From Bacteroidota bacterium (GTDB taxonomy: Bacteria > Bacteroidota > Ignavibacteria > Kryptoniales > JAKASW01): a stretch of 64,000 bases of DNA. The first letter of the stretch is position 1. Each line of letters starts with the position of its first letter. Positions 50,558-58,775 of this stretch are shown in pieces. The stretch is taken from positions 15,424-79,423 of the forward strand of contig JAMCQL010000065.1 of the NCBI GenBank assembly GCA_023381615.1. Direction: 5' to 3'. The position numbers and the translations under genes are program-made. The notes under the pieces were generated by a model that searched no databases, was not told the origin of the DNA, and worked only from the letters and a program-made list of their open reading frames with translations.

Positions 50558-51483
50558 AAACTTTCTCTTTATTGCTGATGCTCTGCTCTGTCTCTTTTGC
50601 TCAGAGTTATCCCGGCAGCTTTGCACGGATCGGACTGAATGCAAAAGGAATGTCACTCGGAAATTCGTTGTCGGCGGTGACAACAGGCAATGTCTACAGT
50701 TTTTATAATCCTGCACTTGCGTCGTTCCAGGACGGCGGGAGTGTTTCCGCATCTGTCGCCCTTTTATCATTGGACAGGCAGTTGAACGTTTTGACATACA
50801 CCCAAGGCGTTAAACCAACTGCCGGTATATCTTTGGGAATAATAAACGCCACAGTCTCCAACATCGACGGCAGAGACAACGACGGCGTGCACACGACAAA
50901 TCTCTCGACAAGCGAAAACTTGTTCTACTTCAGTTTCTCAAACAGGTTCATGGAAAAGCTATCTCTTGGCGTGAGTCTAAAAATGTACTACTACAAACTT
51001 TATTCAAGCCTGACTTCCACTTCCATCGGTTTTGATTTTGGCGGGGTCTATCAACTCTCAAATTCTTTTTCTATTGGTGTTGCAGCAACTGACATTGGTG
51101 AAAGCTACCATTGGGATTCTTCAAAGCTATATGGAACCGACGGGTCGAATTTCTCAACTCCATTCCCGCATGTTTTCCGAATTGGCGCCGCTTATAATTT
51201 GCCGCAGTACGATCTGTCTGTTTCAGCTCAGTACGATATTGCACCGGCGCCTCTCAGCGCGCTCAGGGCTGGCATCGAGTTCACTCCGCTCGACGTCCTT
51301 GCGCTCCGGGCAGGACTCTCCGCCGGAAATGAGCAATATGTCGGGACCAAAGTTACTCCATCGTTCGGTTTCGGAGCAAAACTTGCCTTCCTCGACTTCA
51401 CGCCCGAAATCAACTATGCTTATGTCTTCGAACCGTTCACCCCTTACGGCATACAAACTTTGACATTAATTTTTGGGTTTTGA
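50554..51483 (+). CDS. PorV/PorQ-like outer membrane beta-barrel
   Basis: Signal peptide, AKGMSLGN, FYNPA, terminal F. Confidence 0.72.
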   Translation: MKTFSLLLMLCSVSFAQSYPGSFARIGLNAKGMSLGNSLSAVTTGNVYSFYNPALASFQDGGSVSASVALLSLDRQLNVLTYTQGVKPTAGISLGIINATVSNIDGRDNDGVHTTNLSTSENLFYFSFSNRFMEKLSLGVSLKMYYYKLYSSLTSTSIGFDFGGVYQLSNSFSIGVAATDIGESYHWDSSKLYGTDGSNFSTPFPHVFRIGAAYNLPQYDLSVSAQYDIAPAPLSALRAGIEFTPLDVLALRAGLSAGNEQYVGTKVTPSFGFGAKLAFLDFTPEINYAYVFEPFTPYGIQTLTLIFGF

Positions 51484-52394
51484 CTTCCATGAAATATCTA
51501 AATTCGATTTTCGCTTTTCTGATACTTGCGTCTTCGACGGCTTTCTCCCAAGCTGGCAGTGCAGGTTTTCAGATTCTGAGACTTGGTTATTCCGCACGCG
51601 ATCTTTCGCTCGCTAACTCCGCCGATGCAATCACAAAAGAGCCAATAGCGGTGTTCATTAATCCAGCTGGACTTGCTTCGGATGAAAGCGAGAATGGCAT
51701 CGGCTTAGACTTCATGCTGACACACAGAACTTACATTGCAGGAACGACCATCGATTTATTTGGAACGCGTTTCGAGAGCGGGGGCATTTCTTTCGGCACA
51801 AGTCTGCTTCTTTCAAGTGTTCCGGATATTGAAGTCAGGACTGTCCCCGGCGACCCACAAGCGACATTTTCCGCCAAAGATTTCGTGTTTGCCGCTGGAG
51901 TCGCGCGCAAATTCGACAAAATGGACATCGGCGTTTCAGCAACGTATCTGTATGAGAAACTTTTCGTCTACGAATCGCAGGGATTTGCTTTCAATGGCGG
52001 AGTAAAGTATTCACCTGCGCAGAATATTGAGTTGGGACTTTCCGCAGGAAATTTCGGATCAACGACGGCAATGCTCTCGCAGACTATCGCTCTTCCAATC
52101 TTCCTGCGCGTCGGAGGAAGCTACACTAAGACTTTAGACGATAACTTCTCTGTAACCGGTTTCCTCGGCGCTGCAACGTACAAGTCCGGCGGCATCACAC
52201 CGAGCGTTGGAGCGGAATTCAACTATCAGAATATACTCAAACTCAGAGCGGGCTACGCTTCGGGCAGCGACATAACAGGATTTTCTTTTGGAGCCGGCGT
52301 GAACTACAATTTCTTAAGATTCGATTACTCTTACGTCCCGATGAAACTCGATTTCGGCAATAGCCAAACGTTTACATTGTCATTCATTCTCTAA
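51480..52394 (+). CDS. PorV/PorQ-like outer membrane beta-barrel
   Basis: AGFQILRLGYSAR, FINPAGL, LRAGY, FDYSY; start may be ATG 51489. Confidence 0.78.
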   Translation: MTSMKYLNSIFAFLILASSTAFSQAGSAGFQILRLGYSARDLSLANSADAITKEPIAVFINPAGLASDESENGIGLDFMLTHRTYIAGTTIDLFGTRFESGGISFGTSLLLSSVPDIEVRTVPGDPQATFSAKDFVFAAGVARKFDKMDIGVSATYLYEKLFVYESQGFAFNGGVKYSPAQNIELGLSAGNFGSTTAMLSQTIALPIFLRVGGSYTKTLDDNFSVTGFLGAATYKSGGITPSVGAEFNYQNILKLRAGYASGSDITGFSFGAGVNYNFLRFDYSYVPMKLDFGNSQTFTLSFIL

Positions 52395-52395
52395 G

Positions 52396-53520
52396 ATGTC
52401 CAAAGGATCCTTCGGACTTGATGTTCTCATCGTCGTCAGCTCAGATCCTCGATACGACACGCGGAGCACAAAGTATCTAAGCGCTCTCCTCGAAGCCGGA
52501 TTTAAAGCAAAGGTTGTAGGAATCTCCTCGGACGGAACGGCAGAGAAAAAAGAAGAGTTGGTCAGAGCGCCCGTCAGCGCGAAGGGCGGAAAGAGCTTCT
52601 TTCTCGAGTTCTACCAGAAAGTAATACCGGAAATGTATAGATCGCCTGCAAAGATCGTAATTGCAGGTGATTTGTTTTCCCTGCCCCCTGCAATCATAAA
52701 CAAACACCGATACTCTAAAGGCGCAAAACCCGTTAAGCTGATCTACGACTCGAAAGAACTTTACGAAGAGCTTCCCAGTCTTAAAGCAAAGCGCACCAGC
52801 TTCCTCTTTTGGAATCTCGTAGAGAAAAGCTCCATAAGATATGTCGATGCAGTACTAACGGTAAATCAATCTATCGCCGATATTCTTGAAGCGAGATGGC
52901 ATTTGCCGACAAGCGTGGTAATGAACGTGCCTGATCTGAGCAATCCGCCAATACCGAAGGATAAGTCTTTTGATAAAATCTTTCTGGCATTCTCAGGAGG
53001 GTTGCAGCGTGGGCGTGGTCTGCACAATCTGATAAATTTATTGACAGTTTTGCCGGAGAAATATGAACTGCGTTTCGTGGGCGATGGTGTTTTGCGCAAA
53101 GAATTGGAACGGCAGGCTCTCTCGCTGGAACTCGAGAAGAGAGTTCATTTCGTCGGAAGAGTGAATAACTCCGAAGTAGTGAACGAACTTTCCAAATCGC
53201 ACATCGGCATTTACTTAATGGAAAACACAGGACTCTGCCACTATCTCGCTCTGCCGAACAAGTTTTTTCAATTCATTTCGGCAAGACTTCCTGTTATCGT
53301 GTCGAACTTTCCGGAGATGGAAAAGATTGTGAATCAATTCCAGATAGGGTTCGTTGTTGATCCATCAAATATCGAGGAAATTGCCAAAGCTGTGCTTGAG
53401 TTGACAAAAGATGAAGGAACCTATCACAAACTTGCTGTAAACTGCGAGAAAGCGGCAAAAGTATTGAATTGGCAGGTCGAGAAAGAGAAATTTCTAAAAG
53501 CGGTACGTAACTTAGTTTAG
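52396..53520 (+). CDS. GT4 glycosyltransferase
   Basis: YDSKELY, GGLQRGRGL, LPNKFFQFI..RLPVI. Confidence 0.85.
   Translation: MSKGSFGLDVLIVVSSDPRYDTRSTKYLSALLEAGFKAKVVGISSDGTAEKKEELVRAPVSAKGGKSFFLEFYQKVIPEMYRSPAKIVIAGDLFSLPPAIINKHRYSKGAKPVKLIYDSKELYEELPSLKAKRTSFLFWNLVEKSSIRYVDAVLTVNQSIADILEARWHLPTSVVMNVPDLSNPPIPKDKSFDKIFLAFSGGLQRGRGLHNLINLLTVLPEKYELRFVGDGVLRKELERQALSLELEKRVHFVGRVNNSEVVNELSKSHIGIYLMENTGLCHYLALPNKFFQFISARLPVIVSNFPEMEKIVNQFQIGFVVDPSNIEEIAKAVLELTKDEGTYHKLAVNCEKAAKVLNWQVEKEKFLKAVRNLV
52399..52416. repeat. 18-bp element, copy 6 (immediately after the ATG of the GT4 gene)
   Basis: TCCAAAGGATCCTTCGGA, the exact reverse complement of copy 1. Confidence 0.85.
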
Positions 53521-54876
53521 AAGGCCGAACTTCTTTCGCTTTTCCCAAAGCGTTTTTCTTGTTACTCCTAATTGCTTTGCCGTTGCCTCAAGGTTGAAGT
53601 TGTTCCACTCCAAAACTTTTTTCAGATATTCCCCTTCTACCTGATCTAACGACAATCCCTTCGGCAGATGCAGTCCGTTGTCATAATTCTGAACTTGCGA
53701 CGCAATATTCGAAAGCGTGATTTCATCTCCGTCGATATGTTCCTTCTCCGCAAATATCATCGCACGCTCAACAACATTGCGCAACTCGCGGACATTGCCG
53801 GGCCAATCATGCGACAGCAGTTTCCGCTCCGCGGAGCTGGTGAAACCCTTCACATGCTTTTTGAATTTTGAATTGAAGTCCTCAATGAATTTCCGTCCAA
53901 TCAAAATTACATCTTTGTCGCGATCGCGCAACGGCGGCACGGTCAATGAGACCACGTTGATGCGGTAGAACAGATCGCTGCGGAATTTTCCCGTACTCAC
54001 TTCATTTTCCAGATCAGAATTTGTTGCAGAGACGACTCTCAAGTCGACAGGGATTTCCTCAAGTCCGCCGACTCTTCTGATCCTTCTGTTCTCGATGAAC
54101 GACAAAAACTTTGCCTGCAAACCGAGGTCCATGCTTGTTATTTCGTCGAGGAGCACAGTTCCGCTGCTTGCTACTTCGAGCAAGCCCTTTTTTGAAGTCT
54201 TCGCGTCCGTAAATGCACCCTTTTCATATCCGAATAGCTCGGCTTCGAGCAAGTTCGACGGAAGCGATGCGCAGTTAATTTCCATGTAACGCTTGTCCGA
54301 AATTGGACTCGTGTAGTGAATAACACGCGCGACAAGATTCTTGCCGACTCCGCTCTCACCGCGCAAAAGAATAACAGCCTCAGTTACATAAGAGACACGC
54401 TTGATGAACTCACGCATAGCCACTATCGGTTCGCTCTCGCCGATGAGATTGTCGAATGAATAGCGTGACTTGAAACCGGACTTTATTTCATCAACCTCGG
54501 TACGCAAGCGGCCCACTTCCACAGCGCGCGCGATCGCCAGCTTGAGCTCGTCAAAGTTGATCGGCTTTGTCAGGTACTCGAAGGCGCCGGCTTTCATTGC
54601 TCGAACTGCGGTATCCACAGCGGCCTTTGCGGTAACCAAAATTATCGGCATGAACCGCGACAACCCCCGGAGCTTGTCGATCATTTCAATGCCGTCCATT
54701 CCCGGCATCATTACGTCGCTGATAACGACATCGGGATATTCGTTCTTGATCGCCTCGATGAGACTTGCGGGATGGTTGAAGAACTTCATGCTGAATTGCT
54801 CGTTCCGCAAACCATACTTGACTAGTTTGATGATGTTTTCATCGTCGTCGAGAAAATAGATAACTGCTACCGCCAT
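53512..54876 (-). CDS. NtrC-type sigma54-interacting response regulator
   Basis: Receiver (DDD, D..MP), GESGVGK, GAFTDA, WPGNVREL, Fis-type HTH. Confidence 0.93.
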   Translation of the reverse strand: MAVAVIYFLDDDENIIKLVKYGLRNEQFSMKFFNHPASLIEAIKNEYPDVVISDVMMPGMDGIEMIDKLRGLSRFMPIILVTAKAAVDTAVRAMKAGAFEYLTKPINFDELKLAIARAVEVGRLRTEVDEIKSGFKSRYSFDNLIGESEPIVAMREFIKRVSYVTEAVILLRGESGVGKNLVARVIHYTSPISDKRYMEINCASLPSNLLEAELFGYEKGAFTDAKTSKKGLLEVASSGTVLLDEITSMDLGLQAKFLSFIENRRIRRVGGLEEIPVDLRVVSATNSDLENEVSTGKFRSDLFYRINVVSLTVPPLRDRDKDVILIGRKFIEDFNSKFKKHVKGFTSSAERKLLSHDWPGNVRELRNVVERAMIFAEKEHIDGDEITLSNIASQVQNYDNGLHLPKGLSLDQVEGEYLKKVLEWNNFNLEATAKQLGVTRKTLWEKRKKFGLLN

Positions 54877-54913
54877 GATGTCTAAATATAGTTTATGGCG
54901 CTTAGATGCACAA
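54877..54913 (-). promoter_or_regulatory. Putative promoter for a leaderless regulator transcript
   Basis: TTGTGC-17-TATATT-8 nt-ATG. Confidence 0.5.
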
Positions 54914-54984
54914 CAAAATTTATGACAGACTCAGAACTCAACCGTTAAAGTTAAATCAAGCCTGCGTACAACGCATCCTCAGAC

Positions 54985-56061
54985 TCAACTCCTTCTCAGA
55001 CACTCCCGCACTGAATCAACAAAATAATCGCTCTCCTCTTTGGAACCCGCGTTTACCCGCAGGTAATTTCCCAGCATAGGATAAGATGACACGTCTCGCA
55101 CTAGCACACTTTGTCTTTCCAGCAACTCCTCAAACATTTTGCTTGCCGGCAAAGGAGTCGAGAACAAGAAAAAGTTGGAATCCGAATCAATAATCTTTAC
55201 GCCATCCAATTTAGACAACTTATCCATCATCATGGATCTTTGCTGTTTCAGAAACTTTATCCGTTCTTCGAACAGATCGCGGTGCTCGAGAAGTTTCAAC
55301 GCAGTGAATTCCGAAAGAGGGTTGACCGTGAACGGAATTTTAACTTTCAATATTTCAAAAGTCGTTTCTGGATGCGCGACAAGATAGCCGATTCTCAGTC
55401 CGGCAAGACTGAAAGCTTTAGAAAAAGTCTTCAGGATCACAAGATTCTTGTGAGTTTCCACCAAGTCAATTGCGCTCGGCTTTTCAGAAAATTCGATGTA
55501 CGCCTCGTCGAGAAGCACAATCGCGCCTGTGGATTTCAACAATTCGACGATGAACTCCCTCGAAACCGATTTCCCTGTCGGATTATTTGGAGATCCAATT
55601 ATGATAAGCCCTCGTTCCATGGTACGGGCTATCTCCAGTATTTTGCTGACGTCAAAATTCAGATCAGCATCAGCATAAACCTTTATTACATTGCCGCCGA
55701 GTATTCTCGAAATCTTTTCAAACAAGTAGAACGTCGGCTGCGGTATCAGAACATCTGTTCCATCTTGCACAATTGAGATCGCCGCAGTGTAGATAAGTTC
55801 GTTCGAACCGTTAGCACCTATGAACGACTCCTGAGGTAAATCAAATATTTCGGAGAGGCGCTTCGGCAGCGCGGTCGAGAACACTTCCGGATATCTGTTC
55901 CAGCTTATCCGAGAAAATTCTTCAATAATTTCTTTCTTGAGTTCGGCTGGAATATCAAACGGACTTTCGTTTTGATTCAATTTTATTTTGGCTGGGTGAC
56001 CTGAAACCGCATAAGGCGAGAGGTCGAGCACACTCTTTCTAAAATTACTTTTTACGTCCAC
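54985..56061 (-). CDS. hisC: Histidinol-phosphate aminotransferase
   Basis: LNQNESP, NRYP, SPNNPTG, DEAY, TFSKAFSLAGLRIG. Confidence 0.95.
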   Translation of the reverse strand: MDVKSNFRKSVLDLSPYAVSGHPAKIKLNQNESPFDIPAELKKEIIEEFSRISWNRYPEVFSTALPKRLSEIFDLPQESFIGANGSNELIYTAAISIVQDGTDVLIPQPTFYLFEKISRILGGNVIKVYADADLNFDVSKILEIARTMERGLIIIGSPNNPTGKSVSREFIVELLKSTGAIVLLDEAYIEFSEKPSAIDLVETHKNLVILKTFSKAFSLAGLRIGYLVAHPETTFEILKVKIPFTVNPLSEFTALKLLEHRDLFEERIKFLKQQRSMMMDKLSKLDGVKIIDSDSNFFLFSTPLPASKMFEELLERQSVLVRDVSSYPMLGNYLRVNAGSKEESDYFVDSVRECLRRS

Positions 56062-57361
56062 CTTTATCTCTTACTCTAATGGAAAGTGCGTGAGCAATTA
56101 AGCCTTCGTTCTCGGCAAAGATTTGAATTTTCTTTGAATCTCTTTCGAATGCTTTTTGTGAATACTGAATCAAGCTCGAGCGTTTTACGAAATCGTCAAC
56201 GTTGAGCACCGAAGAAAATCTCGCGGTCCCGCCTGTTGGAAGGACGTGGCTTGGTCCGGCGAAATAATCGCCAACCGGTTCCGGAGAATACCTTCCCATG
56301 AAAACTGCGCCTGCATTTCTGATTTGGCTTAGAACTTCCCAATCGTTTACGGCAACAATTTCAAGATGCTCGGGAGCTATCTCGTTCACCAGCGCAATTG
56401 CGTCAGGCATTTTGTCAACTACAAAAGCCGCGCCGTTGCGACGCATAGACTCAACAGCAATTTCTCGCCGGGACAAATCTTCAAGAAGCTTTTCAATTTT
56501 CTTTTGAACTTTCTGTGCCAAATTCTTCTCGGTTGTAACCAACACAGCGGCGGCGTTTGGGTCATGCTCTGCTTGTGCAAGAAGATCGGCGGCAACCTCA
56601 GACGGCTCGGCAGTTGAATCCGCCAATACCACGACCTCGCTTGGTCCGGCTATCATGTCGATATCCACATCTCCGTAGACAATTTTTTTCGCTGCCGCGA
56701 CGTAAACATTCCCCGGGCCGACAATTTTATCGACCTTCTGAACGGATTCGGTGCCATAAGCGGCGGCGGCTATTGCCTGCGCTCCACCGACCGAATACAC
56801 GTTCTCGATTCTAAGAACGCTGCACGTTGCAAGGACAATTTGGTTGACCGTGCCATCTTTATTGGGCGGCGTAAGAACATAAATTTCTTTCACGCCAGCA
56901 ACCAAGGCGGGAACAGCATTCATGATTACCGTCGATGGATAAGCGGCTGTTCCACCCGGCACGTAGAGCGCCACTTTTTCCAGCGGAATAATTCGCTGAC
57001 CGAGCACCGTCCCGTCGTCTTGCTGAACAATCCATGAATTTTGTCTCTGCTTCTCGTGAAATTTTCTGACATTGTCTGCGGCTTCCGAGATTATGCTCAA
57101 GATCCTTTCGCTGACGTTGGTTCTCGCCCGCTCGATTTCTCCTTTCGGAATTTTAACTCGCGTCAATGATACACCATCGAACTCTTTCGTAAATCGAATC
57201 AATGCGGCGTCGCCTTCCGAGCGAACTGCATTAACGATCTCTGTCACTTTTGAAATGAGTTGACCATCCAGAGCTAAATTCCTGCTTTTTATTTTTCGCA
57301 GGCGTTCCTCTGCTTCTTTACTGCCCAAGCTGAGAATCGGAAATAGATTCAATTTTTTCAT
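56045..57361 (-). CDS. hisD: Histidinol dehydrogenase
   Basis: YVPGGTAAYPS, GGAQAIAA, AGPSE, QAEHD, APEHL, HVLPT. Confidence 0.97.
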   Translation of the reverse strand: MKKLNLFPILSLGSKEAEERLRKIKSRNLALDGQLISKVTEIVNAVRSEGDAALIRFTKEFDGVSLTRVKIPKGEIERARTNVSERILSIISEAADNVRKFHEKQRQNSWIVQQDDGTVLGQRIIPLEKVALYVPGGTAAYPSTVIMNAVPALVAGVKEIYVLTPPNKDGTVNQIVLATCSVLRIENVYSVGGAQAIAAAAYGTESVQKVDKIVGPGNVYVAAAKKIVYGDVDIDMIAGPSEVVVLADSTAEPSEVAADLLAQAEHDPNAAAVLVTTEKNLAQKVQKKIEKLLEDLSRREIAVESMRRNGAAFVVDKMPDAIALVNEIAPEHLEIVAVNDWEVLSQIRNAGAVFMGRYSPEPVGDYFAGPSHVLPTGGTARFSSVLNVDDFVKRSSLIQYSQKAFERDSKKIQIFAENEGLIAHALSIRVRDKGGRKK

Positions 57362-57398
57362 CTGATATAAATTTAGGCGAGGCTACCGTTCTTTCCAA
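57362..57398 (-). promoter_or_regulatory. Putative promoter for a leaderless hisD transcript
   Basis: TTGGAA-17-TAAATT-8 nt-ATG. Confidence 0.5.
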
Positions 57399-57471
57399 TT
57401 TTGTGATTCAAATTACGAAGTGAATATCGGTGGAGTTCTGACTAAATCCGAAGTCTTACATTTCTGCACGA

Positions 57472-57655
57472 GTGAACTACCACCGCCAGAGGTGGTGGCT
57501 TCGTAGAAAACGATAAGCTGGATTTCCTTCATGTAGTCCTGCATCCTAACTCACCCCCCATCCCCTCTCTTTCGCAAAGAGAGGGGGAGTGAAGGGGTGA
57601 GTTCGACCGGCAAAGCCATTCGTCCATACCCACTGCCATAGGCAGTGGGTTTTCA
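57472..57655. mobile_element. Possible non-autonomous IS200/IS605-like remnant with an internal palindromic repeat
   Basis: Terminal hairpins CCACCGCC-AGA-GGTGGTGG and ACCCACTGCC-ATA-GGCAGTGGGT flank a CCCCTCTCT...AGAGAGGGG nested palindrome (57548-57603); no ORF. Confidence 0.5.
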
Positions 57656-57662
57656 CGTCGGA

Positions 57663-58775
57663 CTAAAACTGCATCTCACAGACGACTCCGAACAAATCAT
57701 GATAAATGCCCGAGTTCCACTCCGGATTTTTTGCGTACGAAAGTTCAAGCGACATTATCGGCAAGTTGGGCAAAACAAGTTTAGTCGGGAATCGTAACGA
57801 GAATCCGTAAGAAAAACCCGTCCCCATCTGTGAGACCTGAAGATTATTGGACTGGTCAACGACTGTAACCTTTGGAGTTTTCAGGGTGTAACCAACACGC
57901 ACTGCAAGCACACCCAGCGCAGTTGTCTCCAGGCCAAGTCTGTATTGATCTTTTTGTGCGATAAAACTATCAAGTGGATTTGAGTTACTTAACAAATGAG
58001 AGTAATCAGCAACAGCAGTCAATTTAAATAATTCGAAATTGGCAATCTGGTAATTAGAAGCAAAAGTGTATGCGACCCCAACACTAAAGAGCTGAGGAAT
58101 TTTTACGTCCGGATTTGAAGAAACTAATGGATATACACCACTCATCGTGGTACTTGAAAGCACATTGGAAAACGACGTCCCGGCGGAGAAGATGGCTCTA
58201 AAGAACATGTTATCGGCAAGCACCGTCCTGTTCGCGACACCCACATCAAAAGTAAATTTGTTCATTCTTGACTGGGTTAGGTAATTAGCAAATGGAACCG
58301 GTGATATGACCACCACTAACCTTTCGAAAGTCAAATACTTGCCAGTTATGCCAAATGAAAAACCAAACGGCAACTGCACCCCAAATCCGAGGGCTGAAAT
58401 TGTCGTTCGCCATCCTCCTAATTGAAAATTATTGTAACTGACTCCAACTCCGAGCGGTCCGGCAGGAAATGCGGCTGACAAATCCCACGTCTGCAAAATT
58501 CCGTTTGCCAAGAACCGCGATGAAGAATCCGGGGAGAGGGGTTGGCTGATATTGCGGGAAAAATACTCAAAGTCAGATCCTACGTAGACGTTTTGCACAA
58601 AAGCAAGTCGAGCAGGATTCAACAAAACAGCGTGTGCATAATCTGGATCAGCAACATAAGCAGACATTCCCGCCGCTCTATTCGGCAGGATATATTCGCC
58701 GTCGAGAAACAGACTCTGCGATAATGCCGACTTTGCAGCGACGAAGATCAACAAGAATGCTATTTTATTTCTCAG
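57663..58775 (-). CDS. Outer membrane beta-barrel (PorV-like), probable CTG start
   Basis: RAAGMS, LNPARL, VRVGY, terminal F; extending to CTG gives the signal peptide MRNKIAFLLIFVAAKSALS-Q. Confidence 0.7.
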   Translation of the reverse strand: MRNKIAFLLIFVAAKSALSQSLFLDGEYILPNRAAGMSAYVADPDYAHAVLLNPARLAFVQNVYVGSDFEYFSRNISQPLSPDSSSRFLANGILQTWDLSAAFPAGPLGVGVSYNNFQLGGWRTTISALGFGVQLPFGFSFGITGKYLTFERLVVVISPVPFANYLTQSRMNKFTFDVGVANRTVLADNMFFRAIFSAGTSFSNVLSSTTMSGVYPLVSSNPDVKIPQLFSVGVAYTFASNYQIANFELFKLTAVADYSHLLSNSNPLDSFIAQKDQYRLGLETTALGVLAVRVGYTLKTPKVTVVDQSNNLQVSQMGTGFSYGFSLRFPTKLVLPNLPIMSLELSYAKNPEWNSGIYHDLFGVVCEMQF

